From IMG/VR virus record IMGVR_UViG_3300014205_005221, positions 96,001 to 160,000 of that record: a DNA stretch of 64,000 nucleotides; one strand, written 5' to 3'. A program made the position numbers and the translations under genes. The notes under the pieces were generated by a model. It searched no databases, had not been told where the DNA came from, and saw only the letters and a list, made by a program, of their open reading frames with translations. Origin of the DNA: a virus (lineage: Duplodnaviria; Caudoviricetes). How positions within the stretch are numbered: position 1 is the stretch's first letter; each line of letters begins with the position of its first letter. This document shows positions 9,297 through 19,186 of this stretch, one piece after another.

Positions 9297-12200
9297 GAGA
9301 ACACCCCTGCGAAGTTCAGCTTCTGCATTGTGCCCTCGAACGAATCAGTAGAACGTTGCGGGGCTGGGTTCGTGATCTGAACAGCGCCCTCGGAGAACAC
9401 CACAGACTTACTATTCGTGTCGCCCGACGATGCCGAAGAAATAGCCTTGGCAAGCTTCTCCTGAACCGCACGCCCGATACGCGGACGCGACAGCGACGGA
9501 GAGCCGACAAAGCTGAACAGATCCGCTGCATCCAGCACCGGCCCGCCGTTGGCGAAGTGCTGCATCGGATTGTCGTTCAGCTCATGCAGAGCCTGCACGC
9601 CGATCTTGCGGACTGCGTCTTTGCGCAGCACAAACTCGCCCGGAGTAAGCATTGCCGGGACAGTGTCACCCACCCCGGTACCCGGGACACGGCCACCGCG
9701 AGCGAACGGAAGACCGCGCTTGTAGGCGTCCATGTTGGAGAGGAACTTGTCCTTGTTCGGCGACGGAAGCTGCGCGATCTGCGCCGCCACCTGAGCGTTC
9801 TCCATCATGGTGAAGATGTCCTTGGTATCGATCTTTGTCGCCGTCGATACCTCACGCACACCGAGCCCTGCAGTCTTGCGCAGCGCACCGATGACGGTCA
9901 GCGCGTTCTCCAAATTCGCGCCGATGACGTTCTTGGACTCTTCCAGGATCTTCTCGACCTTGGCCGCGTTCCCCGGAGACTTGACCGCCTCGCGAGACAG
10001 CGCCAGGCCGCCACCGTCGGTGGTGCCCGTGCCGAGCCCCATCTTCGCGAGCGCGATAGCCAGATCGTCGTAGCCCCAACCCGAAAGCTTCAGGAGGTTG
10101 GACTCGAACTCCTTGGTCTGCGCGGTGCTCTCAGCGATGCCCTTGGACCAGCTGTCCAGCGTCATCGGGGTGGTCGTGCCATCGCCGGTAGCCGGGGCGG
10201 TGGGATCCGGAGTCGGCGCAGGTGTGGTGGTGTCCGGTGTAGCACCCTTCTTCGGGTACGACAGCCAGGCGCCCGTGAAGATCTTGCCGGGGTCCTTGAT
10301 GTTGTTGATTCGAGCCAGCTCCGAGACCGTGGTCTCAAACCGCCGCGCGAGCGACCAGAGCGTGTCTCCGCGCTGAATCTGATAACGACCCATGTCGCCG
10401 GTGGTCGACTTCGCAGCCGCAGCAGGCGTAGGCGTGCGCGGCATGTTCAACCACTGACCGGTCAGAACCTTGTTGACGTTGGCGATCTTGTTAAGACGCT
10501 TCAGCTCATCAACAGTGGTTCCATACGCGCGAGCAATGCCCGACAGCGAGTCGCCGCGCTTGATCTGGTAGGCCAGGCCGTTGTTACGCTGCACGACGCC
10601 GCCGAGCGCCATGTACTGCGCCGCGTTGTCGGAGAACGCACCCGGGCGCATGGCGTTGAGGGCCGCGAGGTTCTGCGGGCCAAGCGACTCCGCCGCCGGG
10701 CGCGAGAGCACATACTCGCCAGGGGTGAGCATGGCAGGCTCGGTGTCGCCGTTGCCACGTCCAGGGACGTAACCGCCCTTGGCATACCAGTGCGGGGAAC
10801 GACTCGACCACATGCGGTACGCGGTGATCGGGTCGCCGTACTTGCCCTTGATGTAGTTCAGACCCCACTCGGCCTGACCCGCAGCTGTCGGCTCAACAGG
10901 TCCGTGGGTTCCGGTCAGCTTCTGGAACAGACCGCGCGCCGAGGACGTCGGGTTCGCCGCGTTCGGATTCCAGCTCGACTCACCCTGGACCAGAGCAGCC
11001 AGCGCATCCCACTGCGGGCCCTCGCCCCAGCCGTAGCGAGCCGCTACCGCCTTGACCGCAGCGATGACATCCGGAGACCCGGAGACGGCGCCCGCCAGCG
11101 GTCCGGCCATAGCGGTGGCCGCCATGACCTTGGCGAGGGCGGCCTCCTTGACCTTGTCCGCGCCCTGCTGAGCGATATCCGCCAACTGCTGTCCGTGCGG
11201 GCTCGGGTTACCCGCACGGAAGTCAGAAATCATCTTGTTGGCTTTGTCAAACTCTGCATTGACAATTGGTGTCGGATCGAACGCTACGCCGCCAACACCG
11301 CCAGAAACGAACGTACCGCCCACCTGCGGCAGTGAGTACTGCGCGGAGAACATGCCATCATTCGCGCCACGAGCACCTGGACCCATGATTACCGCAGGCG
11401 GCGTGGACTCAACATTGATTCCACCGAGCGTGCCCGCCATGTGCGAGCCCGGCAGAACACCGATTGAGAACGCCGACGACAGTCCAGGAACAAATCCTGC
11501 CGTAGCTCCACCCGCGAACGATGACGTGGTGTAGCGACGAACGTAAGGGTTACCCGTGGTCAAAGCACCATGGATAGCGCTCATGAAGCCCGAACAGTCG
11601 TAGCTGCCCGGTCCGGTAGCACCCCAGACGTACGGCTTGCCTACCTGAGAACGTGCAAACGCCAGACCGGCCTCGACCGGGCCACCCTCGGCCATGTGTG
11701 CCCAGCCCGGACCACCCGGATCCCCGCCCTGATCCATCTCTTGCATCGAACGGGTGTCGCCGCGACGCACTGCCTTGTGCCACGCATCAACGGCGCCCTG
11801 GCCGCCGAGCCGGTTAACAGCACGCTTGGAGAGCATGTACTCACCAGGCATACCCATAATCGGAATGCTGTCCTTGTTTGCTTCTCCGCCCTTCAGCGGA
11901 CCACCCTTGGCAAACCCAGGAACAACATCCGGAACATGCTTGTTCAGCGTAAACTGCGTGTCAAGCGCATTCCACGCAGCAATAATACCCTTGTTGAATG
12001 GGCCCTCAATAACAGCCCTGACAGGAACCGAAGCCGATTCCTGCATAGTAGCCATCTGAGTCTTAAACCACGCAGCAGTGTTACCCACCGACGTGTCAGT
12101 TGCGGTCAATCCAGCGCGCACCGCAGTCAACGCGGTATCAGCGCGAGTCTTGAAGTCTTCCGTCGACACCGACATTGCGGTTGTCGATGCCGCAGTGTGG

Positions 12201-15200
12201 GTCTGCGTCGTAGTCAGGTCCGTACGCAGCGGGAGCAACCCGGCGGTACGCACAGCCAACGTGGCCGCGTTCGACAGATCGCGATGCAGATTCATCGCGT
12301 TGGTCATTGCGGTCGTAGTGGTCTGCTCATGCACCTGAGTGGTGGTCAGGTCCGTACGAAGCGGGAGCAGCCCGGCAGTACGGATATTGAGCAGCGAAGT
12401 GTTCGCGGCAAGATCGTGCGTCTGCATCGCCAGCGTCATTGCCTGCGTCACAGCGTCTGTAGTGGTCTGCGTTGTAGTCAGGTCCGTACGCAGCGGGAGC
12501 AACCCGGTTGCCCGGAGATCCGCGAGCGCAGCGTTACCAGCGACGTGCGTCGCCTCGATCGCGGCAGAGATTGCCGTGCCCACCGTCTGCGACGTGAGCG
12601 AAGTCAGATCGAGGTCGGTACGCAGCGGCGCCAGGCCGCCGGTGGAGATCTGCTGCAGCGCCGGGAACGCCTTGGCTGTCAGCTCCGTAGCCATGGCGGT
12701 AGCCGCCACGGTGAAGGTGTTCAGCGCAGCGGCCGACTCCGCGATGGCAGCAGCATCGATCGGGGCAGGAGCCTCTGGTGCGTTGGTAGCGCCTACACCT
12801 GTCGATGCAGAAGCCTGTGCGACCGGACGCCTGCGGCCAACGATGCCTCCGCCTGCGTAAGCACCCGCACCGGTGGAACTGTTCCGGTTGGGCGAACGTC
12901 CAGAAGCTTCTCGGTTGGCCCGGAGAATGTTCTTGGCGCCGATCTTCTTGACCAACTCAGGAACGAGAACAGCTTCACCCGGAGAGAGAGTCGCCGGAAC
13001 AGTATCCTTGCCTGGAGCGTATCCAGGGACAATACCTCCACCCGCAAAATCATTCTTCAGGCGCGAATAATCCTCGCTAGTTGCCTGACCTGCGTCGAAC
13101 CGCATGCGAATCTCAGCAAGATCCTGAATCTTCTTAAGCTGAGACTCAACTTCACGAAGACGTGCGATTGTTTCTGGAGCGTTGTCAGAAAGCTTGATCT
13201 CTTTGCCACCAGGCAAAGTGATGACAGCGTGACCTGTCTCGTCAATACGGACCTTGGCGCCAGCAGCGGCGAACGCCGTACCGTCCATGCCCGTAATGAT
13301 CTTCTGCAGAGCTTCCGGCAACGGACCCTTATACGTCCCCGCAAGCTCCAGCGCAGCCGTAGACTGACCACGCAGCGCAGCAGTGTCAAGATCTGTCTCA
13401 CCGCGCAGCTTAGCCGCAGCAACTTCGGCGGTGCCAGCAGTTGTAATGTAGTTAAGAATGTCTTGCTGAAGTGCATTGCTGGCAGCTTGTGCTTCAGCAC
13501 TTGCCGCACCATTAGCAGCTACAGCATCATTATACGCCTTTTGCGACTCTTTAACACTGTCCAAAGACTGCTTTTTAGCAAGATCTCCGTTGAGAGAAGC
13601 CAAAAGCATATCATTATGATTGCGAGAAGCTTCAGTAGCCTTCTGCTGCTCAATAGTTACACCATTAAGAGCAGCTCGAACACCAAGCGCTTCGTACTGC
13701 TCACGAACGAATCCCTCACGAAGCTTATCAATCTCCGCAAGCAACTCACGAGCACCCTGCCCAGTAGCGTTATATTCTTTATTCCATGTCTCAATGTAGG
13801 TGCCTCCCTGAGCACCTCCCGAAACGTACCCACTCCTCGCCATGTAAGAGTTAGCTTCAGCGACATCGAGCAATCGCTGACGCAACGTATCCAGAGACTG
13901 CCCACCACTAGTGATAGCAGTAGTAACCTGCTCCTGACCAATCTTAAAGTCTTTAAGACCGTCAGTTACCAGTCGTCCAGAACGCGCCATAGTCTGATCA
14001 GAAACAGACTTAGCTACAGACTTACGAATTGATTCGTCAATGACGCCATTAGAAGAATCAATAGCAGAACGATAATTAGCAATTGCTTGATTGTTCTGCT
14101 CAATAGCATTGCGAGAATTAGCCGTCGCCGACCGAAACAGCGCAAAAAGCCCAATAGCACCGAGCATGGCAACCATGAACGGGCCACCAAGAGCACCCGA
14201 CAAGCCGCCTAACACCTTGCTGAAACCACCCGCAGCTGCACCAGCCGTGCCAGCAGCTCCCGCGAGCGCGCCTGCTCCACGAGCACCATTCGTTGCAGCC
14301 GTGGCGTACGACGTCATTCCGCCAGCCGCACCAGCCGCCAGCGTTCCCGAGCTACGCACCGCAGAACCCGCGCCAGTTGCTGCGGTGGCGTACGACGTCA
14401 TACGACGCTCAGAATCCGCAGCCGCAGTCCCAACAGCACGAATGTTGGTAGCCGCTGCCGTAGCAGCAGCGCCCACCCCACCAGTCATTGCGCGACCGGT
14501 GTTGTTTGCCGCAGTAGTAGCGTTGTTCAGCGAACTCGACGCAGAAGCGGCACTTGTCTCAACCGGCTTGAATACGCCGGTGAGCTTCGATGTCATCGAG
14601 CCAAACGCCGAGGACACCTTGCCCGCTGCGTTCGATGCAGCTGTAGCCGCTCCACCGAACGCAGTAGTAGCAGTCTTGGCAACAGGCGCAAACGCGCCCG
14701 AGACCGCCGCTCCCACCTTCGAGAACGCGGAACCGATCTTCGAGCCGGACGACGTCGCGGTCGATGCTGCACTGCTTGTTGCTGCAGCGGCTGCCGATGC
14801 CGCAGAACCGACTCCACGCAGCCCGGCAGACGCCGAATTGGCTCCAGCGCCGATCTTAGAAGATGCGGAGGCGACACCTGCAGCAGACTGCGAGAGCCCG
14901 GATGCAGACTTCCCAGCGGCTTGCGCGGCCGAACTCAGGCCGGAGACCGACTTCGTGGAACCCGCAGCAGACGTTCCCACACGCGAGAGCGAACTGGACG
15001 CTCCCGTAGCGGTCTGTCCGAACGCGCCGGTAGCCCTCGCAGCCGCCTGCGTGGCCGCGCTGTAGCCCGCCATCGCCTTGGTGGCAGCCGACAGGTTCGA
15101 CGTGTTGATCGGCTTCGGAGCAGCAGGAGCGGGAGCCGCCGTCGAACCGACACCGCGCGAGCCAGGAACATTGCCCGCTGGGCGTGTCTGGGCACCGCTC

Positions 15201-18200
15201 TGGTTGGTCACCTGACCGGCGTTGCGGCCCGTCAGAGCAACAGACTCGCCAGCCTTGAGGCGAATCGGAGCTGGCTTGGCGCCCGGTGCAGGGAGAGTCT
15301 GCGCGGGACGGCTTGGGTGGTTGAGATTGGTCTTGGCCGGGGTCGACGCCGACGGAGTGGCCGATCCGACCACCCGGACAGGCAAAGGCTTCGCCGGTGT
15401 AGCCAGCGGACGGGCACCAGCGGACGGACCCGGAGGCAAGGCCAACGGAGCACGACGCGCCGCTGAAGCACCCGCTGCAGTCTGACGCGCGCCAGTCGTT
15501 CCCGGAGTGATCGGAGGAACCCGACCGCCCGGAGGCGTCGCCACCGGAGATGGGACACGAGAAACAACCCCACCAGGCCCCGCTACAAACGAAGCTCGCG
15601 TAGGCGGCACAACATTGCCCGCACCAGGACCAGCGGTGAACTTGTACGGGTTACCCGCAGGAAGGGCGCGCGTGGTGCCCGGAGGCAGGGCACGGACCGT
15701 GCTCGGCTGTGTAACCGTGGGGGAGAATCGAGAAGTAGGAACAGCGCTGCCCGCGCGGTTGACCACCGGTGTGCCGACCGCCGACGCGCCCGCACGGAAC
15801 AGACCGCCCACAGCCTGACCAGCACGAGCGGTACCGGTCACCGGCTTGGTGTCCGCCGCCTTGCGTCCCGCCGTGAAACCACTGCCGAACGTCGATGCCG
15901 TCCTGGGCTGGTTGGCAGCAGCAGCCGCGCGGGCCGCCGATCCGCCCAGCGCCGCGTTGAGCTTGGAGGCACCCGGCAGGAACGCCATGACCTTGCCAAG
16001 CGCAGCGAACGCGATCGTCGCACCCTTGGCAGCCAGCATCATGCTGACCAGGAACGACACGATCGGAATCGACGTCAGGAAGTCGAGCAGCTCGACTGCC
16101 TTGCCGATGATCGAGACAAACGCGCTCAGGCCACCGCCAGACCCATTCTCGGAGAGGTTCGAGAAGAAGTCCATGAGGTTCGAGAGCAGCTCGATGATCT
16201 GCGGACCGAGCTTGTCGAACGCCGCACCGATGGCTTTGAACATGCGCTCCAGCGCAGGCCCCATGGTGTCGCGAATGGACAGCAACATCTTCGTTACTGT
16301 CTCACTAGCGCCCATATCAATGAACGCCTTGGCAATATCGCCAAGAATGCCCATTGTCAACTCAAGGTTGGGCTTAACCTTCTTGAAGTACTCCGCCATG
16401 GCATTTTTGCCCTCGGCGGTGCCCATCCATTTCCGCGTCTCAGCGGTGAGCTTCTCGAAGTCCTCCAGGATCCCGGTACCCGTCGGATCACCGGCCTTGA
16501 AGACCTCCTTGATGATGCCGCCGACGTTGAAAATGATCTTGCCGAGAAGCTCCAGGCGCGCGCGGACCTTCTCGAAGTACTTGACCAGCGACTCATCGCC
16601 ACGGCCGATCTCAGCTTCCTTCTTGTAATACTCAGAAAGCTGCAGTACAAGGTCGCCAATCCACTGCGCGAGCGGCTCGGCGGCAACACCGACGTCTTCC
16701 AGCGCGGAAGCAAAGTTGATGAACGCCTGACCGAACTTGTCGATCAGCGCCGGGCCGCCGCCGGTACCGAAGCGCTTAAGATCCTCTTCCCAGCTCTTGA
16801 CCTCTTCAGCCAGCTTGAAGCCGAGGTTGCCGAGCACCTCGCCGAACGCCTTGACCGCCGGTGTGGCGACCGTGTCCAGCATCGGGATGAGAAGCTGCAG
16901 ACCCTTGATCAGGCCCGGGAACATCGCGGTCTGCGCGGTGCGGCTCAGCTCGTCGAACTTCGGGGTCAGATTGCGGAGGATCTCCACCATCTGACGGCCC
17001 TCAGGTGAGAGCTTCGCAAGCGCAGCCGCAAGCTTGTTCGCCGCAGCCGACGCTCCACCCGACGACTTCGTCGCCTGATCTTGGGCCTCGGCGAGGCGCT
17101 GCATGGCGTCGGAGACACGCTCAGCCGCATCACGCTGACGCTTGGCCGAGTCTGTCTTCGCTTCCGCGAGATTGCGCTCCGCATCCGCAACCGACTGCGC
17201 AGAATCGCGCTGCTGCTTGGCCTGGGCCTGCTGGGCATCTCCGAGCGAGCGCGCCGCGCTCTGCTGGGCCTCCATCGCGGACTTGAGGGAATCCTGCGCC
17301 GAGACAACGCCCGGCATCCCCTCGACGCCGCCCTGCTGGGCCTCGTTGAGATCCGCCTGATCACGCGCAGCCTGGCGCGCTACATCGTTGATCCGGTCCT
17401 GGGCCTCAGCGACCCGCAACGCCGCTTCACGACGATCCAGCGACGACGCCGTGGCATCAGCGTTGACCTCAGCCAAACGCTCCTGAGCCCGGAGCAGGCT
17501 GATCTCCGCGCCCTCCTGGGTGAGCGCGCTGTCGTGAACCCGATCGGAGAGATCCTCCAAGTCGCGAATCGCCTGACGGCGCGCGTCGTGAAGATCCTCT
17601 TCCGCCCGGAGAACGTCTTCGTTGGCCCGGATCAGATCGCGGTTGGCGTCCTCGACACGGCGCGCCGCCTGCACAGCACCCTCGGCTGCGTCCTCGCGCG
17701 CACGCTCCACCGCACGTTGGGCATCAGCGACCTGTCGAGCGCCAGCAACCTCAGCGTCCTGCTGACCCTGAACGGCATCACGGACACCACGCTGGGCCGC
17801 GCCGATCGCCTTCGCTGCCGCCACCCGCTGCGCCGCAGCAGACGTAGCACCCGAAGCAGCCTGCTGATCCACAGCCTTGTACGCCGCGAGCGCATCACCG
17901 ACACCACGGAACGCCGATGCGATCGTGCCGACCGCTCCCGCCGCAGCGACGGCCATGGGGCCCAGAGCGGCGATGGCGTTCACCGCAGGACCAGCAGCCC
18001 CGACGATCGCCACAAGCCCGGAGACAAGCGATGAGAGCGCTCCTACGAGCAGCTGCACACCGGGGACCACGGCGGCGAAACCGAGCCCGAGCAGGATCGT
18101 CCGCAGACCGGCACCCGCAACACCCGTGCCGTTGAGCGTGGCCCGCAGCGGACTCATCACGCTGGCGAGCTGGCGGGCTCCGTTGGAGGAATCCCGCGAC

Positions 18201-19171
18201 GACGATCCGACACCGCGCAGCGACGAGGACAGCCGGTTCGCCGAGCTGTCACCCTCGCGCATCGCAGAGTTGCTGTCGCGCACCGAGCTGGCGTTTGACC
18301 GGTTGGCCGACGCCGCGCTCGATGCCGCCGGGCCGACCCGGAGCAGCGACGCGATCAACCCATCCTGATCGCTAGCTGCCGAGCGCGCCGCCGTGCCCGA
18401 CTCACGGTAAGACGACGAAGACGCCGACACCGAGTTGCGCGCGTTCGCCGCAGACGGTGTCAGACGGTCGAGCGCAGCTTTGAGCGCGTCATGGTCTACC
18501 GCCGACTGCTTGGCAGCGGTTCCCGACTCGCCGTGCGCGGTCGCCAAGTTTCGATGCGAGCTGACAGATTGATCCGCCGCGTCGCGCGACCTGTCAAGGG
18601 AATCCGCGTGATCTTTGGCTGAAGCCGCAGCCTTGTCGTCGGCTTCAGCGACCTTGCGGATCGACTCGGTGAGCTTGTCGATGACCGACGACTTGTCGCG
18701 AGCCGCGTTGCGCTCATCCGAGAGCGACTTCGCATGCTGCTGCGCCGACTTGGTCGCGCGCTCTTCCTGATCGGCCAACCCGCGCATCGATGTCGCCAGC
18801 GAGCCGACCTCGCCCTTGGCCGCAGACGCGCGATCCCGGAGGCGATCCTGCTCCGTCGCCAGCGACCCGGCGGACTTGCGGGCCCGCTCCTGGGTATCCG
18901 CCAGCCGAGCCATGGACTTCTCCAGCTGCGACGTAGCAGCTGTGCCCTTACCCAGCTTGGACTGCGCCGCAGCCAGCGAGTTGGTCTCGGTACGAAGATT
19001 CTTCTGCGCGGTTGTTGTCTTTTCCAGCGCAGAATTAAACTTATCAAAATCGCCGGTCTTACCAGACTGACGCTGAAGCTTCTCAATCTCCGCGCGAGTC
19101 TTCTTGACCTCGCGGTTAAGGGAGGCGAAATCGGCGACCGCCCGGAATACCGCAGTACTCGTAGGAGCCAC
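9293..19171 (-). CDS. Tape measure protein with NlpC/P60, lytic transglycosylase-like and two LysM domains
   Basis: 3292 aa after tail chaperones; Ala-rich coiled coil; GKPYVWGATGPGSYDCSG (NlpC/P60); ESSWNPNAANPTSSARGLFQ (SLT-like); YQIKRGDSLSGIA and YQIQRGDTLWSLA (LysM). Confidence 0.95.
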   Translation of the reverse strand: MAPTSTAVFRAVADFASLNREVKKTRAEIEKLQRQSGKTGDFDKFNSALEKTTTAQKNLRTETNSLAAAQSKLGKGTAATSQLEKSMARLADTQERARKSAGSLATEQDRLRDRASAAKGEVGSLATSMRGLADQEERATKSAQQHAKSLSDERNAARDKSSVIDKLTESIRKVAEADDKAAASAKDHADSLDRSRDAADQSVSSHRNLATAHGESGTAAKQSAVDHDALKAALDRLTPSAANARNSVSASSSSYRESGTAARSAASDQDGLIASLLRVGPAASSAASANRSNASSVRDSNSAMREGDSSANRLSSSLRGVGSSSRDSSNGARQLASVMSPLRATLNGTGVAGAGLRTILLGLGFAAVVPGVQLLVGALSSLVSGLVAIVGAAGPAVNAIAALGPMAVAAAGAVGTIASAFRGVGDALAAYKAVDQQAASGATSAAAQRVAAAKAIGAAQRGVRDAVQGQQDAEVAGARQVADAQRAVERAREDAAEGAVQAARRVEDANRDLIRANEDVLRAEEDLHDARRQAIRDLEDLSDRVHDSALTQEGAEISLLRAQERLAEVNADATASSLDRREAALRVAEAQDRINDVARQAARDQADLNEAQQGGVEGMPGVVSAQDSLKSAMEAQQSAARSLGDAQQAQAKQQRDSAQSVADAERNLAEAKTDSAKRQRDAAERVSDAMQRLAEAQDQATKSSGGASAAANKLAAALAKLSPEGRQMVEILRNLTPKFDELSRTAQTAMFPGLIKGLQLLIPMLDTVATPAVKAFGEVLGNLGFKLAEEVKSWEEDLKRFGTGGGPALIDKFGQAFINFASALEDVGVAAEPLAQWIGDLVLQLSEYYKKEAEIGRGDESLVKYFEKVRARLELLGKIIFNVGGIIKEVFKAGDPTGTGILEDFEKLTAETRKWMGTAEGKNAMAEYFKKVKPNLELTMGILGDIAKAFIDMGASETVTKMLLSIRDTMGPALERMFKAIGAAFDKLGPQIIELLSNLMDFFSNLSENGSGGGLSAFVSIIGKAVELLDFLTSIPIVSFLVSMMLAAKGATIAFAALGKVMAFLPGASKLNAALGGSAARAAAAANQPRTASTFGSGFTAGRKAADTKPVTGTARAGQAVGGLFRAGASAVGTPVVNRAGSAVPTSRFSPTVTQPSTVRALPPGTTRALPAGNPYKFTAGPGAGNVVPPTRASFVAGPGGVVSRVPSPVATPPGGRVPPITPGTTGARQTAAGASAARRAPLALPPGPSAGARPLATPAKPLPVRVVGSATPSASTPAKTNLNHPSRPAQTLPAPGAKPAPIRLKAGESVALTGRNAGQVTNQSGAQTRPAGNVPGSRGVGSTAAPAPAAPKPINTSNLSAATKAMAGYSAATQAAARATGAFGQTATGASSSLSRVGTSAAGSTKSVSGLSSAAQAAGKSASGLSQSAAGVASASSKIGAGANSASAGLRGVGSAASAAAAATSSAASTATSSGSKIGSAFSKVGAAVSGAFAPVAKTATTAFGGAATAASNAAGKVSSAFGSMTSKLTGVFKPVETSAASASSSLNNATTAANNTGRAMTGGVGAAATAAATNIRAVGTAAADSERRMTSYATAATGAGSAVRSSGTLAAGAAGGMTSYATAATNGARGAGALAGAAGTAGAAAGGFSKVLGGLSGALGGPFMVAMLGAIGLFALFRSATANSRNAIEQNNQAIANYRSAIDSSNGVIDESIRKSVAKSVSDQTMARSGRLVTDGLKDFKIGQEQVTTAITSGGQSLDTLRQRLLDVAEANSYMARSGYVSGGAQGGTYIETWNKEYNATGQGARELLAEIDKLREGFVREQYEALGVRAALNGVTIEQQKATEASRNHNDMLLASLNGDLAKKQSLDSVKESQKAYNDAVAANGAASAEAQAASNALQQDILNYITTAGTAEVAAAKLRGETDLDTAALRGQSTAALELAGTYKGPLPEALQKIITGMDGTAFAAAGAKVRIDETGHAVITLPGGKEIKLSDNAPETIARLREVESQLKKIQDLAEIRMRFDAGQATSEDYSRLKNDFAGGGIVPGYAPGKDTVPATLSPGEAVLVPELVKKIGAKNILRANREASGRSPNRNSSTGAGAYAGGGIVGRRRPVAQASASTGVGATNAPEAPAPIDAAAIAESAAALNTFTVAATAMATELTAKAFPALQQISTGGLAPLRTDLDLTSLTSQTVGTAISAAIEATHVAGNAALADLRATGLLPLRTDLTTTQTTTDAVTQAMTLAMQTHDLAANTSLLNIRTAGLLPLRTDLTTTQVHEQTTTTAMTNAMNLHRDLSNAATLAVRTAGLLPLRTDLTTTQTHTAASTTAMSVSTEDFKTRADTALTAVRAGLTATDTSVGNTAAWFKTQMATMQESASVPVRAVIEGPFNKGIIAAWNALDTQFTLNKHVPDVVPGFAKGGPLKGGEANKDSIPIMGMPGEYMLSKRAVNRLGGQGAVDAWHKAVRRGDTRSMQEMDQGGDPGGPGWAHMAEGGPVEAGLAFARSQVGKPYVWGATGPGSYDCSGFMSAIHGALTTGNPYVRRYTTSSFAGGATAGFVPGLSSAFSIGVLPGSHMAGTLGGINVESTPPAVIMGPGARGANDGMFSAQYSLPQVGGTFVSGGVGGVAFDPTPIVNAEFDKANKMISDFRAGNPSPHGQQLADIAQQGADKVKEAALAKVMAATAMAGPLAGAVSGSPDVIAAVKAVAARYGWGEGPQWDALAALVQGESSWNPNAANPTSSARGLFQKLTGTHGPVEPTAAGQAEWGLNYIKGKYGDPITAYRMWSSRSPHWYAKGGYVPGRGNGDTEPAMLTPGEYVLSRPAAESLGPQNLAALNAMRPGAFSDNAAQYMALGGVVQRNNGLAYQIKRGDSLSGIARAYGTTVDELKRLNKIANVNKVLTGQWLNMPRTPTPAAAAKSTTGDMGRYQIQRGDTLWSLARRFETTVSELARINNIKDPGKIFTGAWLSYPKKGATPDTTTPAPTPDPTAPATGDGTTTPMTLDSWSKGIAESTAQTKEFESNLLKLSGWGYDDLAIALAKMGLGTGTTDGGGLALSREAVKSPGNAAKVEKILEESKNVIGANLENALTVIGALRKTAGLGVREVSTATKIDTKDIFTMMENAQVAAQIAQLPSPNKDKFLSNMDAYKRGLPFARGGRVPGTGVGDTVPAMLTPGEFVLRKDAVRKIGVQALHELNDNPMQHFANGGPVLDAADLFSFVGSPSLSRPRIGRAVQEKLAKAISSASSGDTNSKSVVFSEGAVQITNPAPQRSTDSFEGTMQKLNFAGVFS
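12190..12660 (-). repeat. Four tandem 132-bp (44-aa) repeats in tape measure (GLLPLRTDLTTTQ)
   Basis: Aligned cores at 12213, 12345, 12477, 12609; exact 132-bp spacing. Confidence 0.85.
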
Positions 19172-19186
19172 CGATTTCCCCGTTCC

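Noticed and set aside
2277-14032. Long plus-strand ORFs (778, 1035, 700, 820 aa, and similar ones elsewhere such as 44891..47128 and 51152..52822)
   Set aside because: Antisense shadows of GC-biased minus-strand genes: Arg/His-rich with no motifs, and fully overlapping well-supported genes
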